Assembly (NCBI RefSeq): GCF_964194025.1
Contig: NC_134471.1
Location: 31,558,001-31,622,000 of the forward strand
DNA length: 64,000 bases
Reading direction: 5' to 3'
Source: Convolutriloba macropyga
Lineage: Eukaryota
The notes under the pieces are model-generated. The model made no database searches. It was not told where the DNA came from and was given only the letters and a program-made list of their open reading frames with translations. Shown here one piece after another: positions 40,401-53,400 of this stretch (within the stretch, counting starts at the first letter, position 1; each line of letters starts with the position of its first letter). The translations under genes and the position numbers were made by a program.

Positions 40401-43400
40401 TTGTTTAAGAGTGAAATGCTCATGGCCTCTGCTCAGTGTTTCATCAATAGGACGTCTCTTCTCTCCGATCAAGAAGTAAGAGTGTACAGACGTCATATTA
40501 CTCATATGCACATAGTGAATAGATATTTGAACATGGGCACTTTCATGACGAGCAGTCTTTCAAACACATGATTGCGAACCATTTTTTTCCTCTGTTATTT
40601 TATGTTCTCAGGTCTGTATGATTTTGAGAATAAGATAAAACTGTGGTATAACTTAGACTGATCATTTCATATCGGTTCGAGAAATTTAAAATGTTGATGC
40701 AGTGAAGCAACTGACGTTCTAGCAAATTTATTATCTTTTCAGCTAGGAAAGTTCTTGCTTAGCCATTCTGAATGGTCACCCGAAGAACAAAAGGCGCAAA
40801 AACGCCGAGTGACAAATGAAGTATCAAAGAGAAGTAGCAATGACCGACTCAAATCTGTTAAGCAGAACAATGCGATTTCGGTCTTCACGAACAGATCTGT
40901 TAATCTCCAGTCGAATTCTGCCCCGATTCAGTGTTCGAAAAGCAAAACTCTTCATGACAAGTTAAGTGAATGTCGTCGGGAAGTGCGATCCTTGGACGGA
41001 TTCGAAGACCTTATTTCTTTTCACAATACGCCTAAAAGAGCCAAGATCGAGAAGTCGCAGTTTGTTCCAATTGAGACAATAGGTATGACTGAATACTGAG
41101 ATGCTTTTATCAACTTATGGTGCTATCCTTCGGCTTTCAAGTGTCATTTTATTTAAGTAGAAAACGCGATTCAATTTTTCATTTAGTTCTCTAGAACCAT
41201 CGTACGAATGTTTATCCAAAATCTGACTCAACTATTTTGTTTCATCATGCGTCTGGCTTCTAAGTTTAATTTGAATTTTATTATGAACAGTCTCATATTT
41301 TAAGCGCCATGATCCCTGATCCCTCGAATTTCACATACATGATACAAGCTCTATGCATTTGAAATACCATGAAATTCAGGGAGTATTCGTAAATGGAATT
41401 ATTTGGTACAAAATACTGAAGGGAAATCGTATTTGAAAGGCTCGCACCGATGTATGATTGTAAAATGGATTTTCCTCACTGATGGGAGCAATTTTACTCG
41501 CCTCTCTTGTACATAACAATTCTGAGCTTAATAGGGACTGTGATGTTTAGAACTGGGTTGCAATGAAAGCCCTCTTCGTACATGTGGCAGCTCGGATCAG
41601 CAGCCGAATACAGCCTCAAATGAGATTATTGAACTGCAAGACCCCGATGAACTTTACACAGGTCATTCGTCTCCTGTTGAGATCCTACAAGACGAGTGTT
41701 GTCTGGCCAGTGAAAACGCTGATGAGGGCAACTCTTATGAAGCTAATGCTGAATTGACTACTTGTAGTGATTTAACAGGAGAGATGACTCCGTGCAAAGT
41801 GAAGGATAGAACTGTAAAGGCTCAAAAAGCGTTCATGGAAACGTTGATGATGGTAAGTATCTCCTTTTGTATCCGGTTTCAGCGGGTCTTATTGAACATC
41901 GATAATACGTGTTAGATGGAAGCAATAAATACAATATTTCGTGGTTTCCTGAAAAGTACCAGTTATAAGGAGTGTCGCGTTCATATGTAAAATTGGCTGA
42001 CTCGAAGTATGACGGCATAATTTGGCGTAAAATTGATTCGAATGGTTATTAAAATTTGGTTTAATAGCCGCCGTCAGCCTCTCGAACAGCCATTATTTAG
42101 GCGCTCTCCTTTTTTATTACAATTCAAAGAATTTGAACTGTATTGGGGCGCTGTCTTTTTTTTTCTTTAAGATCTGTTCACACATTTTCATGATTATTGA
42201 AGTCAAATTGGAGTAGTGATTTTGGTCACCATGAAACAGGAAGTGGAGCGAAAAAGCGAGTGGTTTTGCGGCGTGAATGTTTTTCGCTCTAATATTGGCC
42301 TTCTCTTGGTTTTTTTTGCGACTTGAAGAGGAGTATTGGTGTTCTTAAGGTTTTTTTTACCGGAAGTACTGTTCGTTCAGACGCTGTTTTGACCTAAAAG
42401 CAAAAGTGAGAAAAATTGCCGTGTGAACTAATTTTTTCTGAGCGAGAAGTTTTTTGATCATGCGCTGCCTTTAGTGAATGACTTTTAGACTTTGAAAAGT
42501 AGTTTTTGACTGAACGGCAAATATAGATAACTGTTTTTAGCCCTTTCCCTATAACCGTTTCCAGCTCAAAATTGGCACATATTTCTTTTAGTTAATTTTT
42601 GGCTTTTTTTTCCTATTAATTTCTTCATTTTTGGATCTTTCAGCCGTCTTGTTGTCAAAAATCAGTTAATATGGCAGCGCAACTTCCCTTTGATAATTCA
42701 TATACTCAACGCCTCTTTCTACCTCGAGGTAATTTAGTTATATAAAATTATACATATGCTAATCCGATTTTGGTAGTTTTTTTTTCAATTTTTCTGTTTT
42801 TATGTATTTTGGTTTTAATTACTAGAAATAGTCTTTTTTGTGCAACTTGAGAAACGTTATTTTCGTTTTTACAGAAGTTCAATCATTTGTTAGCGTTAAG
42901 GTTTTGAAAAACAGTTAAAATTTGATAAATGCAGTCTTGAAAAATTTTTGACCATTCTTTGCAAAATGTTTCGTATGTTTGAATTCTGCTTTTTCTTTGT
43001 TCTGTTCTGGAGGATGGATCTTTGTCTCGGTTGACTCGTTGTCTGTTCCATGACTCAAATGCTGAACAACTAAATAAATGTATTCGTTTTTCATGGTTTT
43101 ATCAATTTGGTTTTTAACTTTCAAAAATCAAGAATTAGTCTTCGTTACGGCGTTCCTTACATTGTGTCCATATTCTTCACATTCTAGTTTGTATCATTCT
43201 AGATTTGTCCTGGCACCTACATTTATACTGGTTATATTGATTTTTTCAGTTGTTAAAAAATTGAATGATTTCAGCTTTTTCTTGAATGATTTGATGAAAT
43301 CGAATGATTTGAATGAAATTGAATGATTTGAATGATTTCAGGTTTTCGTCATTTCTCTGGTTTGCATTTGATTTGATTCAAAATAAGGCAGTACTGAGAG

Positions 43401-46400
43401 TTTGCTAGAAAGCTCTTTTCCAAAATTTTTACTGATTACTATTGTACTGTAATCTTCATTTTCTACTGTAATTTTCATTCGGCCTTCGAATTGTTTTTAA
43501 TCGATTTTTTGCCTTTGAGTATTTTTCTTTTGCTTGTCTTTTCTATGATTATTTTAATTTTTGAATTCGTATGAAATCATGTTGTCAAGCATATATACAA
43601 CTAGGAAGATGTATAAGTTGTTTTTGTCTTAATTGCAGTCATTAGAAATCTAATTGTAGTGGTTTTCTGATTCTTAAATTTGAGCATTCTGTTCTGAAAA
43701 ATTTAACTTCGTTATTATTATTGTCTTCCGTTTGCTTTCGCGATCTTTTCGAGATTAGAATCACGAATTATTTGAGGGCGATTGATAGTCTTGTCAGCTT
43801 TTTCAGCCTATCAGTACTTTGACCATCTTAATTTTTTCGAACTTTTTTAATGTTTACCAAACGTTTTCAATAAAAAGTTTTGCTGCATTTTGTTTCTCTT
43901 TGTGGCAGTGGTTCAAATTTCACCAATTTGTAGATCAGACCTGGCGAGGTAATGAGTTAAGGGTTTAATACAAAAGGTAATGACCTCAGCTGCAATTACA
44001 ATTTTTTTGTGAAACTTTGACGCTTCGAGTTGCTCCCGGAATTCTTCCGGCTATGTTTTTAAGATCTGTTCACACAGTTTCATAATTTGTGAAGTCACAT
44101 TGGAGTAGTGATTATAGTCACGCCGAAACAGGAAGAAGAGCAATGAGCGAGTGGTTTTGTGGCGTGAAATTTTTTTGCTCTAATTTTAAAGTAGAGTGAG
44201 AAATCGGTGTTTGAACAACAATTCGCTTTCTCCCGTGGTTTTTTCATATGTAAAATTTTTACTTTGATTTTTACTGTTTTTGTTTCGATTTTTTTGAATC
44301 TTTTTTTTCTAAGTGGTTTTCCCAATCCATTCATAGTTTATTCTAGGCCTATTTTTTTGTTTGAATGGTTTTTTGTTACCTGTGGCATTTTGGTATTGAT
44401 TTTCAGTTTTTTTAAATTTTTTAACTGATTTTCTTAGAAATGGTTTTCCGAATTCACTCATAGTCCGTTCTAGTTGTAGTTTTTGTTAATTCATCGAAAA
44501 TTCTTTGAATTGTGCATCAGGATGTGTCCTGCTATGTTTTTTACAATTCAAAGAATTTGATTTGTATTGGTGCGCTGTCTTTTTTTAAGATCTGTTCACA
44601 CATTTTCATGATTTTTGAAGTCAAATTGGAGTAGTGTTTTTGGTCGCGCCGAAACAGGAAGTGGAACGAAAAGGCGAGTGGTTTTGTGGCCTGGAAGTTT
44701 TTCGCTCTAATTTTAAAGAAGAGTGAGAACTCGGTGTTGGAATAAAAGTTCGCATTCTCGGTTTTGGTTTTTTGTTCTAATGCGGCAATTTCACTTTGAT
44801 TTTTACTGTTTTTTCGATTTTTTGGATCGGATTTTTTTTCTAAATGGTTTTTACAATCCATTCATAGACCGTTCTTGGTCTAGTTTTCTGTTTAGTCAGT
44901 GAAAATTCATTGAATTGTACGTCAGGACTTGTCGTGCTATGTTTTTTTACTTCGTCGAACTTTTTTTCGCTTTACCCATTTTGCCGCTTTTTCGACATTT
45001 TGCGTGAAATATTTTTGACTTCTCTAGGCTAGTTTCACTCTTCTGTCACTCTACTCAAAGTCCTTTTAAACAGCAGCTACTCCTTTTCGATTTTTTGGAT
45101 CGGATTGTTTAAATGGTTTTCCCAATCCATTCATAGTTTACTATAGACATGGTTTTTTGTTTGAATCAAATTTCAATTTCTCGCTAATGGTTTTTTGTTC
45201 ACATGTGGCCTTTTTACATTGATTTTGTTTTTTTTATATTTTTGCTGCGGTTTTTTAGAAATTGTTTTATCATTTCACTCATAGTTCGTTCTGGGTTTAG
45301 TTTTTTGTTTAGTGTGTGACAATTCTTTGAATTGTACGTCAGGACTGGTCCTGCTATGCTTTTTTAATTCGCTTTACCTTTTGATCACGTTTTTGGTTTT
45401 ACATAAGTCACTACTTTCACGTTTGACTTGTGACTGATATCATTCACTGTTTCAACTGAATGGTTTTAAAAACCATTCATTTGATGAAATACACAAGATA
45501 GTGAATACAGTCAAAGTCAAAATATTAAATCAAAGAGATGGGATAAACCGATAAAGCCCGGTCATTAAATCATTGAGAATTAGGTTATCAAAGTTCATTT
45601 AGAGTGTTTGCTAGCTGACATTGGTATTAAGCTTTGGTATTTTTTGGTATTTGTCTTTCAGTGTAGAAGCTGAATTAAGTATGGTTTTAGAGTCCCACCG
45701 AAACTGCACGCCGAGTTAGAACATTTTTTGACACTGAAAAAAAATAGAAAATTTTGTCAATTTATCTCTTCTTTTTTTTCTTTTTCTGTTCCAATCCCGA
45801 TGTGCATCAATCGCGTCAACGGCGGCTATTTTCCGGCAATCTGCTGGCTATGTTTTAGTTGTCACTGCAGAAATCTAGTTTAATTTACGAATTTAGTTTG
45901 GACAATTTACGTCTTGATCAAAAGTTGCCTATATTAGAAACCTTCAGATAATAGATTATTAATTGCTCTCAAAGAAAATTTTTAGCAATTATTTCAGTCG
46001 TGCGGTCTCTTTTATGCCATGTTCCTACTGGTCGAATTTTCGTCCGGCGCTTTTAACTTCTCGTCCTTAGTTTCCAGTGGTGTATAATTCTATTGGTGTA
46101 TAATATCCCCTAAACCAACTCACCGGATGATGCAGGCTTCAACAATAGAATCGACACTTCGGCAGTCCTTAGAGGGCAATTCTTTCGATATTAGACGCAC
46201 TCGTCTGTATTGTTCCGACCCCTCTTGGGGGGGACTATATACTCTTATGGGTTTTTTTGTTCAGACAATTTTCGCCGATCGATATATTCATCGTAGAGAG
46301 TTGAAACTGGTATCATTAGAAAGCTCGTCGAGCTTAGAATATGGAATTAAAAAGATTTTTTTTATTTTCCTTTTTAAAGGTAGTTATCGAGGTTAAAACT

Positions 46401-49400
46401 TCTGAGAAAAGTAGAGTGAATTCCGTTGTTTCTATTCACATTTTCCGGAATTTTTGCCTAAATTTTCGTTAATTTTGCTAAAATTTGTTAAAATTTTTAA
46501 GAATAGTGTTCTTAATGTAGTTTTAAAGAAAAAGTATTGTTGATTATTTTGATAATTTTTGTTGTCAAAAATTCTGGCTAAATATTTCAAAATTCAGCCT
46601 CTTTAGCCTAATTGTTGTGATAATCTTATTAAATAGATTAAATTGAGCTAGGGACTTGAACAAAACATATCCGCCGGTGCCAGCATTGGTTCCACAGGAT
46701 TATATTCCTGACACTTCGTTCCTAGCTTGACGGGCACTTGTTGTTGCTGTATCCTTTCTTCGTCGTCGGTGCCAGTATTGGTTCCATAGGCTACTTATTA
46801 AATAAAATCTTAATGCCTCCGCCAACACGTAACAATATCGGTTCCACCAGCGATGATCTAGTTGAAAAATTGATAGCATGCACGGCTACGAATTGTCCTG
46901 TACATAAAAAAGTTTTGGTAACCGCTAATTTTGACTGCTCTCAACCTTTCACTTGCGGCTTTTGTTGTGCTTCAAAATCAGTTGAAACCTTCAAAACCGT
47001 GCTCTGAAAAGGTTACGAATTGAAAAATGAGCAGAAGACTCGAGACACATTGTTTGCTGAAATTCAGCAAGAGCAATCACGTAAAGATGCAAAAAGATTA
47101 AATTTAACCGTAAAAGGGACAAAGCCATCTGACAATTGCGCTGGCTACGATATTGTTGAAAAGATTGCAAATCAAATTGACGTATCTCTTGTGTCACCTG
47201 ATATTCAGTTTAAATGGATTAGAAAACGACAACGTGATACAGGAAATCAGTTATTGCTTCGCAAGTTTATAGAAATGATAAAAACGAAATCAGTTTCTGC
47301 GTAAGTCAGTAGCATTGAGGGATTGTGAGAATTTCGATTGGGTATGTGTGTCACCAGACTTAACTAAGGCTGAAAGAGTACAACAGTACAATTTGCGATT
47401 GCAGAAATGTCAACTTGATAGTCAAAATCCTGCAATTATATACAAAATTTGTTGTGGTCGTGTACAACAACAACAGAATTGACTACAGGCAAATTACTCC
47501 TCTCAAATTTCGATCCTCCTTCTTAACGTTCAGAGCATTCTATCGATTGAAAGAGGGTTAATGCTTTGCCAGCTGTTAAGCTTAGTTCCGCCCGCTGTTG
47601 TCTGTCTAACAGAAACATGGCTTGATGGTTCGGTCAGTGATAATGGAGTTTTGTAGGTTACCCTTATGCAGTCGTTCTGCGATCAGATCGAACGGCCGGG
47701 CGTCATGTTGGACTCCTAGTAGCAATGAGTAACGCTTTCTTGAGTACTATTGTTTTAATTTATTAAAAGTGTGAGAATTTTTGTGTTCTTGTCTTAAGTA
47801 ACCAGATTCTTACTCTCTGCATTATACTTGCATATCTACTTCCTCGAGGATCGGTGTTTTATGTCAAACCTGGTGTTACAGAATTCAACTTGCGAAGTGT
47901 TTCTGCTGATGTGGAGGCAGGCCTAAGCTGCGATCAACGCAAATCTGGCCAGTGGATTCTACTTGGCGATTTTTTTTTCCCAAAATAGGTTGGGAGTCGA
48001 TCTCTTCGCCTCATTCTGATGAGCAAAAATTGTTCGAATTTTTATGCAATGATTTATTGCTTATCCAAATTGTTGATTTGCCTACTCATAAGCTTAGAAG
48101 TATTTTGGATCTAATTTTTTGCTCCCATCCCGACAAATGGGACTTCAATATTGTAGAGCGATTGTGCTCAGATCATTATCCTATTCTTTTAACAAATGTT
48201 GACCTAGATTACCAATATGCAAATGGGCACGATTATACGATCAGCTCTTTTAACGAGGTTGACTACTCTACGCATCCAACACTCTCACGATCTTTTGCCC
48301 AGAAATGCCACAACTTTAATCCTGATTTTCTATCAACGTTCTATCGTAAATTATTTTGCGCTCTCAACCAAAGTGTTCACAGAAAACTGAGAAAGCGCTT
48401 TGAAGCTCCCTTCTATTATTCACCGCAGACAATGCACTGTTTAAATAAACTAAATACAGCTCAAAAATATCAGAAAAATTCAGTTGAATGCCTCGAAAAG
48501 GAGCCTATGATTCTCATTGACATGGGCAAGCAGGTCTTGTTGAGCAGTGTACAGAAGTTTAATACAAATGAAGCGTTTGCTTTGTTGAAAAGTATAATTG
48601 GTAGAAGTTTCTTCCCTAAACAAATGTTCTACAAAAAGGAGATGTCTTTTGAAGGCTCAGTGAAAGCAAATCTGTTCAACACATTTTTTAAATCAATTTT
48701 TCAACCGAAAACTGAAATACGGTTAACTGACTGAAAACTGAAATACGGTGTGCGGCAATGAGAGCAAGTTATCTGATATTCAGTTCAGCCTTGACGAAAT
48801 TCAAAATTATCTAAGTGTCCAAAGTAGCTCAACTCCTGCTTTTGATGGTATACCGCCGACCATTTTAAGTAGAGCGGGGCACATACATTAGCACCATTTG
48901 TCCATTTTGTTTTCACATATATTATTCATTCGCAAATTTGGCCCGAGAATTGGAAATGTGCCTATGTTCCCCCTATTCACAAAAAGGAGCTCGAGCGGAC
49001 GTTGAAAATTATCGGCCTATTTCACTACTCCCGAAGTTGTCTTTAGTTTTAGAGAAAATTCTATTTCCGTTTATTTATCCGAAGATTAAAGATCGGCTGA
49101 ATCCTAGACAACATGGATTTCATGCAAAATATTCTACAGTTACGCAATTGCTCATATTTCTTATGAGTTCTATCTGAATTTGGACGGAAACGTTGAGGAA
49201 GTTGTTGTTTTTTTAGATTTCAGCAAAGCTTTTGATTCTCTGGACCACTCCACGCTGCTTTCAAAAATTGTTCGTTTTGGTTTTGACGAAGATTTTGTGA
49301 AACTTAATAATTCCTATTTATCGTCTAGACGGCAATGTGTTAAATTAGATGGGTTTTATATCAGAGAGACCCCTAGTTACTAGTGGTGTTCCCCGGGGAA

Positions 49401-50378
49401 GCGTGTTGGGACCTCTTTTCTTTTTAAATTTCATTGATGATGTGATTGATGTACCCGAAGTATCAAAAGTTTTCTGCTACGCCGACGAGACGAAATTGCT
49501 CTGCCATGGCGACTTCTGCTTGTATAGTGCTCCAAAATGATCTATGCTCGTTGCGGTTATGGGCTTATTGTTACTATTTGTCTTTTAATTCAGATAAAAG
49601 CGGTTATTTACATATTAATGGAATGTCATTGGATAATATACTTCTTGGTGAATTCGAGACTCCTTCGCTTGATAATATTACGGATCTGGGAATTCAGGTA
49701 TCCAAAACGTTGAAATGGAGTCTTCATCTTCAAACAAAAATAGTAAAAGCTGGTAGATCGCTCAATTACCTGAAGCACAGTGTTCCGTTCAACCTCCCAT
49801 CTGGTTTTAAATGCAATTTATTCAAGGCATGTGTTTTGTCGGTTCTTCTATATGGATGCCCTGCTTGGTTTCCTGAAATTTCGGATCTACGGAAACGAAC
49901 AGCTCATTATCCATGGCCTGCGTTGGTACTTTGGTTACAATGACTACAAATTTTTCAAGTTCGAATCAAAGGTTTCCAACCTACGCACTTTTGATCATGA
50001 ACGTCTGGCACGAGCTCAGAAAAGATGTACTGAAAAATCGTTTTTCTTCAGAGTTGAACGTATTATAAATGACGCCGCGGATTTAGTTAATGTCAGCATC
50101 AGTTTTTTCAAGGATACTTGCAAATCCAAAACAGCAACTCGAAATCTACTAATGGCAATGAGAAATGATAAGTTTGATTTTGTTTTATCCTGCACGTGGT
50201 ACTTTAGGTGTAGATGTAATTTCTGTATAGCATGACTTTCTGTTCAATTAATGATTTTTTTTTCTAGCTGTTACATAATTCATATTCTTTATCTTTGTTT
50301 TATCTTTGTGCTACCATTTTTATTATCATCCTTGTTTATACCCTCAGAAGGTACTTGAATTCTTATACTACTACTACA

Positions 50379-50424
<46 letters not shown>

Positions 50425-53400
50425 TTTCATCAAAAACAGTACGAAATAAGCTTCTTTAGTCCACTTTGATTAAATTTGCTGGCTGTACAACCCCATACAA
50501 CACTAATATAATCATTGTAGACTCAAAAGGAGGCAAATTGTACTTCAACTTCTGTTGAGAGTGCTCTGTAAATAAAACTTTGCCGTTTTTTGATAACGTT
50601 ACTCGTTGATTATCATAGACACAGTATTTTTGACTTATTAACTATCAAATTGTCTATGTCAATAACACGAAGATTTTAGTGTTCCTAATGGACAAACAGC
50701 ATTAAAAGGGCTAGTTTTGGACCAATCTTGGATTATTGCAGTCCAAAAAGAATTCGGATTGTAACCAGTCGGTCTTCTTTTTTAAAAAAAAATTGATCTT
50801 TTTTATATTAAATGAAGAACAGAACATATCAAATCAAAGTGCAGGAGTGATAGGTCCAATTGGCCTTCTAAGCAGCTCCAAGCTATTGCGTTTAATTTTT
50901 TACTTGAGAGCTTATGGTCGTTTTGACTTTTAAAAATCATTGATTTTTAAATAAATAATGGCGTAATGAACTTTTCCTCTATTTTCTTCTTAATTTGGTC
51001 AACTTGTGGCTTAGTGTCAGCAAAGAAAGAATGCTTCTTCTTTCTACTGATTTAAATTTTAATCTCTCTTGGGGTTTCAAGCCTAAAGTTATTGTTTTTT
51101 GGCTTTGATACTACCAGATTTCAGATTTCTTTTATTTTTGGATATTTGCCCAGTTTTCAGGTTTTCTAGTTTTTTCACATTATCACAATATTGACAGTTC
51201 TCATATGACATTATTGGCGTTCAAAATTAGGCGCTATTGAACATATTAAAGTCCTGAAAGATATAGATTACCGTTTTAACGGCTTCGACAATTTCTTGAA
51301 AAATTTAATTGAATTTTTAGTTTTGTCTTCAACTGTCGTTTTTGCTTTGTCGTTTTAGTCGTATAAAATTTCCTGTATACGGACAGGTTTCATTAGTTTC
51401 TCAAGGAAGAAAAGATGAGCCAATTTTCTGATACTAATAGGTAGCTGATAGCTTTCATGCCTTTGAAAACAATTGTTTTCCAAAATAAAAAAACTTTTCA
51501 AATTTGCAATTCTGTTTTTCTATTGTCTTTTTTTACCTGGTCTCGTTAATTACAGGTCCAATATTACATTGTTGGTGTCAAGGTAAGGCGTCAAAAGAGA
51601 TTGCGGTCACAGAGTCTAAAATTTTTAAGGAATTCGTTATGACCTCACTGGCTTCGACAACCGTTTTTCACAAAAAAGTAAATTAACTTGACTTTTGTCA
51701 TATTTGAAGTTCTTTTTGTAGACGCAAGACTTATTCTGGATAATGGCAGGTCTCAAGGGCTTCCTTTTAACGAATAAGTTAACCTATTTAACTAATTAAT
51801 TTTGTAATTGATGGCTTTCAGGACTTTGGAAGTAATTTCGTTTCGAAAAAAAAATCAAAATTATTACCTAATTTTGCTTTTTTCTTTTTTGCATACTTTT
51901 TAGCTAGTCGCATTAAAGAAAGGCCACATACTATAGTATCGGTGTTTGAAGAAGGCACAATTGAACATATTTTTGAGGGCCAGAATGTGGCTCAACGGCC
52001 GCGACAGCGTTTTCTGGCAAGTTCTAATTGAATTTTTGTTTTGTCTTTTTGGCCACATAAAAAGTTGAATAATGTTAGGTCTTTATTCTCTTCTATGGAA
52101 GCATTGGTTATTGTTATTCTTTGGGATATTTTACTTTATTTCTAATGGTGACTTGATTTCTAAAAGCGATTTATTTAACTTCACTGTTTTTGTTCTTTGT
52201 CATATTGTTGCCAAACCTTTTTATGGACTGGTCCCATATCTTTTCCGATGATTTTTAAATTATTTTGTTTAGTTTCAGTTTTATCTGACGGTTTGTTGAC
52301 TTTGTTATTAAGTTCTGTTTTTTGAAACGGATATCTCGTCATATCTGTTTTTTGTAATATCTCGTCAATCTAGTGCATCATTTTTTACTCCACTGGGTTA
52401 TTTGCTTTGGAGGCTATCTTTTCGCTGATACACTATTGTTTTTAAAAAAATCGTTTTTTTTGGCGTTTTTGGGATTCCCAAAAATAATTTTTGGGTTTTT
52501 CTATCTGTTCCACATTTGGTAGACAATTATGCGAAAATTGTGGATGAGCGGGGTCGGAACCTTATGTGCGGTCGCACATTACCGAGCCTCCTTGTTTGGA
52601 AGACTACTGGCAAAATGACAACTGGTGTGGAAACTTTTGAAAATGGTTATAAATGAAAAAAATAAATGCAGAAAAAATGTTCATTGTGGCACTAGTTGGT
52701 TTTTGTTGACTTTGCTGCCTACAAAAACTGTAGAGGAAGTAAGTGTTCCATTCTTCTCTGCATTGCCGTGAAAAATTTTAAGTTTAAATTCGAAGCTCTG
52801 TTTTCGTAAAGTCCCTTAAAATATTTTACATTGAATCCTGAATTTCTCTTACGTGACGCAATTTTGATTTAAATCTGTTCGCTTAACCGCAGTTCCTATG
52901 TAAGTATATTGTGCCATCACCATCAATTGATTAGTGCATTTTGAGTTAAGTGTCCCAAAATGTTGCTTGAATTATATTAGAGAGAATTAGATGAAGAATG
53001 AAATAATTGTTTTATAAAAGTGTTTCTTTGACACTTGCGAATTTATTTTGTATTAGTACCCTCGCAATCAGTGTTTTTGGAATATAAGTTTGGAAAATCT
53101 TTGACACTATTACCAATTACTGTTCGATTATCGCGTGTTCTTACGAACGAAATAATTATTTTTTATTCATGAAACTTGAATGAGTGGAGATCCATAGACA
53201 TGTTTTTGCCTTATTGAATATTTTTAATAGCCGCCCTCATCTTCTCAGCCGGCTATTATTGCGCTCGTATTTTTTTTTACGACTCGAAGAGGAGTATTGG
53301 TTTTCTCTCGGTTTTTTTTTTACAGGATGTAGATTTGTTCACGCGGCATTTTGACCTAAAAGCGAAAGTGAGAAAAGCTGTCTTGGTGAACAGATTTTCA

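Noticed and set aside
43262-43340. (TGAATGATT)-like microrepeat
   Set aside because: Local slippage within one B copy; absent from the sister copy near 54380.
46660-50423. Active LINE or a novel RT system
   Set aside because: Multiple frameshifts and stops, YADE in place of YADD, and ordinary CR1/L2 architecture.
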